A stretch of 64,000 bases of DNA, taken from assembly GCA_963924565.1 (NCBI GenBank), contig OZ004608.1:11780001-11844000 (forward strand), written 5' to 3'. Of the stretch, positions 21,301 to 33,336 are shown piece after piece (position 1 is the first letter of the stretch; each line of letters starts with the position of its first letter). Below the pieces are notes generated by a model, which did no database searches, had not been told where the DNA came from, and saw only the letters and a list, made by a program, of their open reading frames with translations. The position numbers and the translations under genes were made by a program. The DNA comes from Ascidiella aspersa (lineage: Eukaryota).

Positions 21301-24300
21301 GACCCCTTTTGGTGAAAAGCTGTCAGAGACAAGACGCTTCGACGTTGCCAAAATAGACGCCGCTGACGTAGTTGCACGACCGCATCGGTTAGAGGCGGGC
21401 TGATGTTACCGACTTGCTTGTACAAGCGCAACCCCTATGTGCTGTGCGCGTTATTGCCAGTGCGGTAATTGCTTCCCTTGTTTACAGTTCGGGACCGAGC
21501 GTCGCAATAATGGAGCGATCCGAAATCGGCTTAACCCTAATCGCGCCAAACTCCCGCGCTTGCTGCGTTCACGTCTCGGCGCTGTGTGTGTGAAATTGTA
21601 TCATCCAGGACCGTAATTACGACAAGTAAATACCCAACAACATCGGGGCCTATTAGGCGACTGACCAACCGGGCCTATTAACCCACGCACGTTAATGAAC
21701 CTCAAGTCGTTTTGGGACACGTAAGACACTGATTAATTCGTTGTACTAACATGTGTATATCGTGTAGCCTATTTATTTATACGATTAATAGCAAACAACG
21801 AGGGCAGTTTATGTTCTATCTTACCTTAACAATCTGGTCGCCTTCGAAGACGTTTCGGCTCTTGGCTGCGATCGAGTCGATGGCCACCTGGAAAAAAGCA
21901 GATACAAACGTGTTATCGTTCATTCTAGCAAATGCGTCGTGTCGTAACGTCATAAACACAAACAAATCACTTCGAGGCGCCCATTATGGCGGACTCGCTT
22001 ACGAAGGCAACACTTCTCAGGCGACATGCATTCGCTTTGAAGTCAGGCTGGGTATCCACGATACGGAATCGGGCCCGCGTTGACAGACACAAGCGAGAAA
22101 CACGATGGCGATAATCTCGACCGATAATCGCGCTAGTATGGTGAAATCTCGCCGCTCCAGATGCGCGCGGTCGCAGCAAAAACCGCAACCGACTTCCCTA
22201 CGTTGCCTTTCGTCCTTTGCTTATACAACGCGGGTCGCCCTTTCGAGTTTCGAGGGTCGCGCGAGCGCAAATGCATTTTGTGCGTCAATCGGCCCTGGCA
22301 GGGTTAAGGGGGGCGCGTCGGGCCGCAGAGCGCCGGGCACCGCAACAATCGTGGCTGTTTGTAAACCACTTCGAGTCGCGGTGTCGCGTTACAGTCGTAC
22401 AGGAACTGCCGACCGCTCTAGCGTGTACCCGTCGAGTGGTTGCGTTAGCGTTGTCCAAATCGCCAATTAGCGCTAGGTTAGCAGAGGCGCGCATAACACT
22501 GGGCTTTAACACGCCGGGTCGCCACTCAATCCAATACAAGGGCGCGAGAGTTCGGGCGAAACGTCCTATTGTCCTGTGTTGAATACGTCACTGCGCTCTA
22601 CCGCCCGGAATTCCGCCACTTTGTATCAGGACAATCGCCTGGTTGGCTTCTGTTTGTCCTAGTCTATTCGCGACGCGCTCGGTATGGGCAGAATGCGAGC
22701 GGCGGCCTGGGAACCTATGCGCAAGATGCGAACCGACCCTAGCCATTTCTCGCGGCGCAGAAATGCCAGCGGCGCGAGATTGTTTGGCGGAAAAATCAAA
22801 TCGCGCGTGCGGTTGTTTGGAAAACACGACTCGACGGGAAAAACGTTAAAGGGAAAGTCGAATGCACGCGACCGTCACGCAGCGACGACGCTGTCAAGCC
22901 ATTCTCAGTCAAGCGGCTTTTATAAACACGCCGAGAGCCCTCGGAACAGTAGTCGGGCCGCTTTTGAGGTGCGAGAGCGCACGTCAGCGCGAATTCCTTG
23001 CCGAGTGAAAATGCTAATCAATTAAGGCGTGAAAGGAGCTGAATGGGAATACAAATGCCAGCAAAGTGGACCGTTGTGCGACCCCGACGACTGTGTTTAC
23101 GCGAGCGGGAGAGGGGAGGGGGCGCGGCAAAACGCAACTGTGCTAACCGGCAATCGAAGACGAGCAAATCGCATTACTGCAGGTGCCGATTTTCAACTTA
23201 TAAATATCTAATTGGTCACAGTATGCGGCGACCTAAAAAAGCGAACTCGCACATAATTTCACAATTTCAAGCGCGGCACTTTTCAGGCGCCCATATCTTA
23301 CCCGGGATCTCGGTTGCTTCGGTTACTGTATTATGAACAAATTTGGGTCCGACAGACTGCAACGGATGTAACCAACACCTTAATTGGACGCGACCTGGTC
23401 AATGCAAAGCTGCAAGGCACGTAAGGAATGCGCCTCGTACTATATCCGTAAATCTGCGCCGATCCGAGTTAACATAGAGGCTACCAGCCCGTCGCTCTAA
23501 AGCCAGTGTAGCTGTAAGGGCAGCTTCTAGAGCCTATAATTATGGGATTTCCAGCGTCACAGGCATGGCCCGGTATATGCACGTTTAAGTTGTGATTCAG
23601 CCGACGGCGCTGATCCCTTGTCGAGGGCTGTGTCATTACCCCTCAAGCGTGTACAGCGGGACAATGCATTTTGTTTACGTTCGCGCTGCTCTTTCAAGTT
23701 GCTCGCTGAGTCAGGCTGCCCATCCGGGTTTCGTCGGCGGTTTAATTGCGCGGAAAAGTCGGTGTTTTGGTCCCGGTTAATACGCCTGACGAGTAAGCCC
23801 GCGAAATTGCCTGTTGAGAAACCGACCAAGCGATTTCCTACTAGTTTCGCTTACTTTAGCCGAAAATAGAGCGAATCGACAGCCGCAACTGCCCTATAAT
23901 AGCGCGTTGCCAGGTAAAACGAAAGCGACGCTATACCCTTCGGCGAACGTAAATCAAATTACCGATGATGGCGAAACAGGCGAAAAGTGGGGATGCGCAG
24001 CTAAACCACGGCGCAAATTGGCAACAAACACAGCCCGGACTATCACAAGCTTTCCTGGTGTTGAATCAAAAAATGTTGAGTGACGAGAGAATTTTGGTCG
24101 GACCCTAAGATCCCCAGTTCTTCGTGTTTTGGTAGGGTCGCGAGGCGCCGCGTTAAACACCCCCACAATGGCGAACGTCAACATAGCGGCGCTATTTTAG
24201 GCCTCCCCAACAATTGAGCGCCGAATCGCGACAGATTATTACCCAGGCACATGTAAGAGGGGCGGGTTATTGCAAGGCCAACACCCCCGTGGTCGTGACC

Positions 24301-27300
24301 AACGCGCAACACGCTTCCTTTCTGTTTCGGGGCCTCGTCAATCCCCGTCCTGGTGTTTTGACAGGCTCCGACCAAGCACAAACGCTCCCTTGGGGAATTG
24401 AAAGCGATGCCGCGCTCCCGTTTAATTGCGCGTACCTTGTCGCGCGATGGTTCCGTCTTGTTGCGCCTGAATGCTACGGATGTACTATTTTTTAGTCCGT
24501 AATGAAATGCCACCTATAGGGAAGGCGATGGGCGAAAACTGTCGATTTGATGGACCTTTCCGTCGCGGATCAAAAGCGCCACACGTAAATGCGGTCTCCA
24601 ACTTCAAAGCTATCGGTTTTCACGTTTGAAGTATATCCCTGGTTGTCCAGCGCTCTGTTAATTGCCCGCGCGTTCCACCAGTATCACGCACCTTTCCCTG
24701 GCGCATTGCTCCTTACATTAAAGTGGCGAAATTAATGGCGGCTAAACGACACAATTACGCCGGCTACTGGCTCAAGCAAGCACCGCGCGCCAGGTGCTGC
24801 GGGTGTAAAACCGTTACAGGCGATCGCGCGGGCCATTTATGACGTCATAAGTGTGACTTTTGTGCGCACGCTTTTCTTAGCCGAAAGCAAACGGGAAGAT
24901 TCGGGCAAATCTCGACACGCGATCTCAGGCCAAAATCGCTCAGGGGAGGACCGAGCCACAGAGTTATGGCAAAGCCGCTTTTCTCTACAGTTATTCGCGA
25001 CCCTGTGTGGCTGCGACCCTCTTATCGCCGACTCTATCAGCAAGCAGGACAAGGTTACCAAGTATGCGGCCGAGGTCCAAAACCAGCAGCAGTTTCTCTA
25101 TCGACTGCTCGCAGGTGCGCAAACACGGCACGGGCCGAAAGCTAGATACTTGGTTGTACAACGGCATGCTGCTGACACTTACCTCGTTGACGAGAACCCG
25201 AGTCGCGCCGCTTTGTCGGTCCACGAAATCTGACAGCATGATGCCGAGCCTGTCCCGACTCGACGCGCGCTTCAACGTAACCTCCTGCAAAGCAAAACAA
25301 AACGATTAAGAAACCGTTGAGAAAGTTGCTCGCGCGGGCCGGGGTGTTGTTCACCCGCGTGGCGCGAAACAGGTGCGTTAAGATGCCCGCGATTACATAA
25401 CCTGTACAGCTGCGCAGACGGCGGGAGGGAATTCTTCCCACGTATCGCTCATTCCGCGGTAATAATGCAGAAGTGTGGGCATGTTTACTAAGATTTTACA
25501 CAGAAGGCCTGTTGACAAGGCCGCTTAGTTAAACGTGCCACACTTTTGAGCCTTATCATTTCTTAACACAATGTAGGATTTAAAATAAGGGAGCCGGCTG
25601 CTTTCTATACGTCTGAACCTATAGCATCTCTTATCGACGCCGTAAACCTTTCAACAAACGCCAGCGACTAGGAAGATAAGCGATCCTCGCACGTGACCCT
25701 ATTATCGCGCAGGCTTGTACGTTGCAACGCCGGGCTGGACCTGAATTAACCCCCTCCCTGCCCCCCTTGCTTTGCGCTCAGCTTTGCTCTAGCAAGGGGC
25801 GTTTGGTCTTTCGTCGCGCGAAATGCCGCGGACGAAAGACGCGGCTCCCGGCCCGGCCTAGGTGGTCCCGGTGTTTTGATTCGAGCGAGGGAAAGCGCCG
25901 CTTAAGCGCAAACCCACAGGGGGAGTGGCATTTGCCTCGACACTTTGATAATTAAAAATCACAACAAACAGCTGCGCGGGCGGTCGGCAACATTTATCGA
26001 CGGCTGTCGCTTTTATTTTTCCTTAAATCTCCTTTCGCTCGCCGCGAAGTCAAACAAATGTCGGCGACTTCCGCGCGAAGGTCCTTTGCTGGCAAAAAGT
26101 GGGCGAAAGGAAATCGAGAGGCACGCACCCGGCTTATGCCAGAGGAAACTAGCCACTCCTGCGCAGTGACGGATCGACAAGCGGTTTTCGGGCAAGAGTG
26201 CACGCAAGAACCGGTAACCCGACTTGTTCCTCAATGCCGCAACATTAATTTCCCTATAGTTGTCTCCCCAGGCTGTTGCTGCCGCTCCGATAAGGAAAGA
26301 AATACACGCGGTTTATGCAGCCATCCAGCTCGGCTAACTCGAAGTTCTGTATAGCTAACGATAATATTAAGGTCGGCTTCGCTTCTATAGGCGTGTTTGC
26401 TTTGTTGTTAATCTGGGTCTATTAAACGGTGCGCGCACGGCGATGGGAAAAGCAATATCGCATTATTGCTAATGTTGCTGAAACAAGGTGCAGACAGACG
26501 GGAACGCCGACCAAGCGGCATCGTCGTAGACTTTGTATGTGGCGGGGAAAGCTTACAGATTAAGCGCTGGCGTCGGGCCTTTATTACTCCGCGTTGCAAA
26601 ATCGGCTTTGTGAGGGCCCAGGCGTGGGCAAGGTCGGCGTTGTCTCGTCGCAACAACAATGGCGAATCCATTCCGCCTGGGCTTGGAATCAAAATAACGA
26701 GCCGGTTATCGGCGCGCTGCCGGCAATATGTAAAAGCTAGGCGACCTTTTCTCATTTACAGGCGCGTCGCAAACAGTTTTGGAGACGTTATCGTCGCCAA
26801 AGGACTCTGGGTCCGGTTACGCCTGGGAAGCGATCGCTGGCGGCTAAAGCTCCCAGGCGACAAATTGACGAAACCCGATCACCCTGGACGCAATACATGG
26901 ATCATCAAAGCGATATCTGGCCGAGGCTACATCGCGTCGCCCCCTCTAGTCGTACCCTTTCTGTGTCGTTCATATTTCGTACACGAGAATGTAATGTCAG
27001 CCTTGCCATTAAAGCGACACCATGCGCTGGTCGGTCCGGTCGTCAGTAACCCAATCGCCGATGCATCATCGAAAAAGCATCTCTTCTGAGCCGTTTAACC
27101 TTATTAAATTGGCGTCTTTCTATGAGTCCTCAAGGCGATTTAATCGACAACTGCAAAACGGGCGGTTATTACCTATTTCCAAAGCGAATTTTGTCCAATT
27201 TAACGCTTGGATAACGCGGCTTCTCAATTTGTAGCCTACGCCACGGAAAAATTGGATGGAAAAATCGCCGCATTTGAAGCGGTCGCTTAAGCTGCATCAA

Positions 27301-30300
27301 AAGTGCAGCGACGACGCTCCCAACGAGCGTTATTCCCATGCAGACTCCACATAGGGCCGCAAGCCGATTAGCCAAATCCCCTTAGCAATTTAGCGTCGCG
27401 CCAGATGCCCCGCGCGCATCACGTGACTAATTCGCAATCTCCAGCGCGCCGCAAACATTTGGAAAATCTAACGCCGTTAAAAAGGTCGCGGCCTGCGGTT
27501 CGAACCCGTTGGCCTTGTCGGCATCTGAGCTCTGGCCTGTGCGGATTAGGCACTCTGCTGAACAGTTGGTCGCAATTCCACGCCCAGGCTAATCTGCGCG
27601 AATTCCTTATCACTCAATTGGCCGGTTTCGCTGCTATGAAATCAACAGATGGGCTAACATTTAACGATTGTAACTTGCTGTGTGCCGAATGATTAATAAG
27701 TAGCAACTTCCTGCAGATACAGTTTGCTGCTTAACTATAGATGCTATAGGTTAGTAGCCACACTGTCGACTTACCTCATAGTGATATCCGAAAACATCGT
27801 CGAAGTCCTCTCCCAGGTAACAGTTGTCGCCCGGAGCCGAGCTAATGGAATCGCAATTGTGCTGCGAATCGTTGTCCAGAGCTTGGTTGGACAGTGCGGT
27901 CTTGTACCGCATCAGCTCACTACGAACAACATGAATATAGTTTAAATACAGTTTACAACACAGCGTGGGGCTTTAAGTATACTAAACTGACGAGTTTGAA
28001 GTATCCTAAACTACCGCGCATTATATCTACTTTTGTTACCACTGCTTTTCTGAACGCGGTATTTTGCCTGGCTTGTATGGCCAGGCCGGAGATATTTTAA
28101 GCTTGCTCGGAGCTTAGCAATATACTGTTATGGGGCTCTAGTTAGTAATTCGGTTATACGTACTTCATGATCAGGGAGGAAATTCGATCCGGCTTCTTGC
28201 ACTTCTCAATGAGGAACTGGCAGAAGCACATCCCGTCCAGGCTCTCGGATCTCTCCAGGGATGCGGGGGAGCCCTTGGTCATCTTCCCGGCTGCTCCTCG
28301 GACGCTGTTGTTGTTATTGTTGATGTTGTTGATCGCGTTGTTATTGCTGCTGTTGCGACGGAGTACAACTGTGATGGGTTCGGCGGCTCTTTTGAACGCT
28401 TCTGCGGCCGCTTCGTGGGACGCTCCCGACAGATCCTCGCCGTTAACCTGGAAAGAAAGTGGAAAGCTCTTAGAGGGGTGCGCAAATCGGCTTTCGTTAG
28501 AGTTCCGCGAAATCAGGAAAGTTCTAATTGTCATATCTCGAATATTTTATAACCTCAAATTGCTCGCGTCCTTTGTGTGGACCTCTTCCTATGTCCGCGC
28601 CAATTATCACTATTAGCTGGCGGAATCGAGGAAGCGACATGGCATTCCTGTGGCTATGCAATTAAGTGATTACGGTCTTTTAGCCAAGTAATAGCGGCAC
28701 ACCAGTTGTGCGCGCAATTTTCTACCGCTCAGGCTGGAGTTCCCGGGAGGCGATTTTGGATATCGCGCGATCTGATTTCACTTGGCCAGAAATCATGTCG
28801 GCGCACAAGATAAGCATCGCCGGCGATTTTTGTGGGCTTTACGCGGTTTCGTGCACAATGCAGGAGAAAAGTCGTCGTAAATAGGAAAGGGCGAGGCCCA
28901 AAGATGCGTCCCGGATACACTCGAGGATTTGTCAACGATAATACCGACAATAACGCGCATAACATACAGGCGGCACATTTGCTCTGCGGGCTTAAGGGGC
29001 GGGCCTCAATGAAAAGGCATGTTTACATTGGCGAGGGACAAGGGAAGAATGCGAAGGCAAACAGCCGATTTGCTTCGGTCTTGTCCAACGCCAATGACGC
29101 AACGTTTCGCTCTTGGGGTGCGATTTAGGTCTCCCGAACACATGTTTTTGCTGTATGCGCGTTTAAATTAAAGCCGCCGAGTTGCAACGCGCTTTGGGAA
29201 ACTGCAGGACACTCTTGACCTTGTCGTGTCCGTCCCGGCACCTGTCATTACGCGGGCGAAAGGCGGCCAACGAGCGGCAGTCGCTAGTTTCATCTCATCT
29301 ATTTCGGTGTCGGCTCGGCGAAGCGAGTGGCTAATAAGCAACTGCAGCGAACGGCGCGCTTAATTTCAAAACCGCGCCCTAAGCAGGCTCGCCGATTAAT
29401 TCGGATAGCTCGCGACCCGAACGGCTTATAAGGTCATCTTCGCTCCGGTCACATAAGGACGCGATCGAAACGGAAACAAGTTTCGCACATTAAACCCAAG
29501 ACCAGGCGTTTTGCGCTAACGAAGCTCTGCGCGAGTGACGAGACAGCTTGTACTGGATCGCCTGGGACACCGAGAAAGAAAAAGAGCCAATAAACTTGCG
29601 CTTTATGCGTCACTGTCGAGCCGGCGTGACACATCGATAAACGGTCGGCGCTAATCCCAAAGCAATCGATGCAGAGGGGCTAAGTGGAGGTCAAGCAGTC
29701 GGCCATTCACAGCTACAGTGTTGCCCGGACTCATCGTTCGAGTCCCGGGGGAACGCTGGCGACGACTGGCTGCCAATCTGGCCCTCGATCAAGCAGTCTT
29801 TGGACGATTTTTTACATATGGTCACTCTAAAAGCGACAGGGTTCCCATTTGACGCTCGGCAATGGCGAAAGTTTCTTGACCCCTTGGGAATGCCCGCATG
29901 TCTGCGCTTTTTTAAATTATGGTTTAAGGTAAACTGGAAGATAATGAAACGCCACGAAAAAGGGTGCCGGGCCTTGCGCCAAGTGGCCGCAAGACTCGAC
30001 CGAAAACTTGTCGGTTTTACAACGGGAAAGCTAATGTATCGAGCACGCGCGATACGCCTCGTAAAAGGCGCGTTTACGGCGCAAAGGGGAGAAGTACAAA
30101 TTCGACGTCCATTACTGTCGTGTCCCGTCGCGTTACGTGTAAGCACGCTTTACGACCCCCGCGCGCCGCTGGCTGCTGACCATATGGGGTCCGCATGTCG
30201 CGAATTAAAGATTCATAAGCGAGAACATTACGCATACACGAAACCGCGATATCTAAATAAATTGAATATGTTTCTTGACTTGCGGGCGGCTGCCAACCAA

Positions 30301-33300
30301 CCCTTACTGCGCTCGGGCGAAAAAAGGGCCACTTTATCTACAACAGCGATGCGCACTGTATCGATTGTCCTAATCCCTGGGTTGTGGTTTTCGCATTTAA
30401 TTAGGATCTTGAGTCGAGGACGATGAGTGCTGCTGGGACGTGGGGAATGGGCTCTTAATCTGCGAGGCTGCGAGCAAAATGATTGGCTTTGCAACTGCGC
30501 GCCGGGCAATTCCACATCTGGCATGGAGGCCTGACCTGGTAATTGGCTAAGCGCGTGCAGAAACCGCTACACGGGCCGGCGCATTTTCGGTGCGGGAAAG
30601 CAGAAGCCTGTCGAAATCCGATTAGATCGATGCGAGTCCACCTCTAAACGCCTACAACAGCTACACGGTCTTGTTTGTGCAGATGCACCCTCGTTCCGCG
30701 AGCCAATTTGTCAGGATTCCGCACGAAAACCGCTCAAGTGCCTTCGTGCAGATATTGGCCCTTGACGCTTGGCAGATTGACGAGTCAAGTGCGCGACCCT
30801 GGAAAGCGTTAGGATCGGGACTGTGGCGAGATTGCGCCTTCCGCTTAGCAAGTGGGCCGACCTTCGACTGGTAACTCGACACCCTAAACGCCACGAGCGA
30901 AGTTGCGCGGTAACGGTAGTTGGTTGAGCCTGATACGGTGTCTGGGAGCACCGCAAAGCAATCGCCTAAACAAGCGAGAGCGTGCATTCTTATTGTCTAA
31001 AAATACCAGACCCCGGCGTAGAGTTGGCGCGACGCCGAAACAAACCAAGACTCCCGCTTATGCCCGACACCCGATCGCGCTTCTCACGCTTAATATGCGC
31101 GCGGCCGCGGGATTCATGGGAACTTAAAGGGGGCAGACATGGGTCGGCTGCTGTGGCGCGCATCAACACAGCGACAAGGCGCCTCTAAGCACCCCAAGGC
31201 AACTGACTTACGACAATCGGAGAGGTTCCTCGCATCGAGAATTCTAAAAAAGCACTCGACGTCTTGCCCGGGCGCTAAGTGTCAATTTTGCTCGCTTTAA
31301 ATAAGCATTCCGATAGAAGCTTACGCCTGCGTTCCCTGCTGTAAGCCCCTTCTTGCTCGTTGTCGAGTGGTGCTACAACACAGTACTGTGTGGTCTCCGA
31401 TTTACACCCGTTGAAAGACTTTGCGATTAGTTATAAACAGTGAGATATAGTCAACACACAAACCGTCTCATTATGGCGCAAAACGAGAGAAACGCAGTTA
31501 AATATTTATTCTTTTAAGTCCCGTCGCGACCGCTCGGGATGCGGTTACGGTCACGGGCGGGTGAAATGCAATTGGATACAGGACGGCGACGACTGCCGAA
31601 TGTATAAACGAAAAGGGAAACAGTCAACAAACGACCAGGTTTCGGTGGCAGTGGTTTTTAAAGCAACACAAGAGTGGCCCTTGTGCGAGGTCTGGGGTCG
31701 GTGACCCGGCTTGTCTTCGGTGCGTGGGATTCGGATCCGGTCCCAGGCCCTAATCCCCAGTGCGCATATTGAAATACACAAAAGCGCGTGTGCGATAGGC
31801 GATTGCCGGCCTCGCTTGTAACGAAGCCGAGCATGGGAAGTCGGCGCGATACAAGGCTTACCCAAACAGACGAGCAACCCGACTTACAAGGCAATACACA
31901 ACACCGCGACCAAGTACAGACTTTGCCTCGGCCAAATACACACGGATCGGCAGCGAAGGGCAGACAGATGCCGCGTTCCCGTTTCCAGTCCTGTCCCGAA
32001 TGCAACACAAAAACCTGCGGCGCAGAATTAACCCAGATCCCTTCTAATGCGACCGAGCGAATTAATCGCACATGATGCCAAATCCGCGCCCGGCCTCTAT
32101 TTCCCGCATACAAGGAAGGCCCGGCCCGCGCGACAATGCCCGGGGAAGGAACTGCGTTTTGATTAAACTGTTTGAATAAAGTGCTCTACAAATAACAAGG
32201 CGACATCTGCGCCCGCGCGGCCCAGCACACGCCCAAGCATCTCGACATTGGGCCTTCGCGCCACATCAAACGCGCCGCGAGTCCTGAAAAATCGAAATCC
32301 GCGCTACCGTTTCACCTATATTTAGGCCGCGAAGGTTCGAGCTTAGCACAATGGCGAACGGAATATTTCTCAATAGGCTAGATCGCTATCGCTTAAATAG
32401 CCAATTAATAAACGTCTAACCCCTTTAAGAGCGGCCTTGGCCAGCACCTTGGACCTATCGAGGCCAATCGGTTGCCACAAAGGGCGCGAAATTGATTGAC
32501 ATAATGGCGACGGGTCGATGAAGCGAATACACAGGGAATCGAGCGTACATCGATCTCTGTGACCGGCGAGTGACCAGAACTACCGGACTAGAACCGAGCG
32601 AACTTTTGACCCCCGGTCATTCGTCCACCACCGCCGCTGCTGGCCTCTTCTGGAGTGGCGCGACCCTCTTGCTTTACATATACAAACGTTTTCACTTCAA
32701 GCTTCTCGATTTGCACCCCCTTCCTTTTGTTTACGTCGTTGCTTGCGCGATGACGTCACGCTTTTCGCCCCTCCCCTTCTTGACTTTTCGACGACCCAGA
32801 AGAGCGGCGGGCGCGATTAGATTAAAAATTGGCGATTGCGTATTGGCGCGTATAGGAATATAATAGAGGAAAAAATTAGTAGTCAATTTTTAAACCTATC
32901 AAGGGATTACGCATCGTCGCGGCGACTCCAACACTACCGCGCCCCTGTTCTGTTTTGGCACCGCAACCAATTACGAGACAAAAACGGAAGGGCGCTTTGA
33001 TGAGGCGGACTGCCCCCTTTGGCCTTTGTGCGGTTAGTGGCGGCCGGTGACGGGCGTATTGTTCTAAAATGTGGAACGATTATAAGCCAAGGAGCAGCGG
33101 TCCTGTGTATCTGCTGCGAGCAAGTTGCAAGCAAGACGACGGGAGAGCGCGCGGTGTTGTAAGGGCCAGCACGCTTCGCGCAAATGCGCCGTGTCATCGC
33201 CCGGTGCAAATTTGTAAAGGAACCAACTCCTGGTACGCAGCGGCCGCTCTACGACGCGCAGCTGTTTTCTGCACGTGTTTAGGTTTTTTCACCGCAGCAC

Positions 33301-33336
33301 AAACAAAGCACTTACTGTGAGGATTTTGAAATTCAT
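13753..33336 (-). CDS. PDZRN3: PDZRN3/PDZRN4/PDZD4 (LNX3/4/5) family PDZ protein, spliced. Exons [33336-33316 candidate], 28447-28164, 27919-27775, 25284-25183, 21887-21825, 20246-20148, 18303-18067, 16151-16050, 15564-15475, 15315-13753 (901 aa with the candidate first exon)
   Basis: All junctions are GT-AG and in phase. PDZ1 C-half VNGEDLSGASHEAAAEAFKRAAEPI; PDZ2 EVTLKR..RDRLGI..SIAAK..EGDQIVKVNG; EKDSGIG; SAYSTGDS; C-terminal [71 protein letters not shown], diagnostic of this family. Confidence 0.88.
15475..15564 (-). CDS. PDZRN3: PDZRN3/4-like exon (SNASRMFGTGSSGASSSQSAAQEFTFVPVQ)
   Basis: Pyrimidine tract plus CAG acceptor, CAG|GTAAAT donor, 90 nt, phase 0-0. Confidence 0.75.
16050..16151 (-). 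CDS. PDZRN3: PDZRN3/4-like exon (LSCDVMGTTDSSHTAGSRTEKDSGIGQNTDSTVQ)
   Basis: TTTTCAG acceptor, CAG|GTACGA donor; GTTD..EKDSG.G motif. Confidence 0.88.
18067..18303 (-). CDS. PDZRN3: PDZRN3/4-like exon (DDAQWQDERCCELD...IEYAAIVSQK)
   Basis: TTACAG acceptor, AAG|GTAAAT donor, 237 nt open frame (not the frame shown in the ORF track). Confidence 0.85.
20148..20246 (-). CDS. PDZRN3: PDZRN3/4-like exon, PDZ2 C-terminal part (VNGVSVSCTNEASELLLKENAVVNFLICRQHLV)
   Basis: CTCAG acceptor, GTG|GTAAGT donor, 99 nt. Confidence 0.88.
21825..21887 (-). CDS. PDZRN3: PDZRN3/4-like exon, PDZ2 middle (VAIDSIAAKSRNVFEGDQIVK)
   Basis: TTTTTTCCAG acceptor, AAG|GTAAG donor, 63 nt; SIAAK...EGD.I PDZ motif. Confidence 0.88.
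25183..25284 (-). CDS. PDZRN3: PDZRN3/4-like exon, PDZ2 N-terminal part (EVTLKRASSRDRLGIMLSDFVDRQSGATRVLVNE)
   Basis: TTTGCAG acceptor, GAG|GTAAGT donor, 102 nt; R..RLGI carboxylate-binding loop. Confidence 0.88.
27775..27919 (-). CDS. PDZRN3: PDZRN3/4-like linker exon (ELMRYKTALSNQALDND...DFDDVFGYHYE)
   Basis: CGTAG acceptor, GAG|GTAAGT donor, 145 nt, phase 2-0, matches both neighbours. Confidence 0.85.
28164..28447 (-). CDS. PDZRN3: PDZRN3/4-like exon, PDZ1 C-terminal half plus Asn-rich linker
   Basis: TTCCAG acceptor, AA|GTACGT donor; VNG.DLS.A.H..A.EAFK.A.EPI.V..RR. Confidence 0.9.
32700..32870 (-). promoter_or_regulatory. Candidate internal promoter or enhancer
   Basis: Two CCAAT boxes (ATTGG at 32828 and 32842), a GC-box-like GGCGGGCG and a CRE palindrome TGACGTCA at 32751; motif evidence only. 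Confidence 0.25.
33316..33336 (-). CDS. Candidate alternative first coding exon (MNFKILT) of the PDZRN-like gene
   Basis: ATG preceded by an in-frame TAA; ACA|GTAAGT consensus donor; phase 0, in frame with the VNGEDL exon. Confidence 0.45.

Noticed and set aside
26466-30426. 207-aa and 208-aa plus-strand ORFs in PDZRN introns
   Set aside because: Non-ATG starts, no motifs, no convincing exon structure
31880-32050. GTAAGT donor at ~31887 as another first exon
   Set aside because: No ATG in the required frame before an upstream stop
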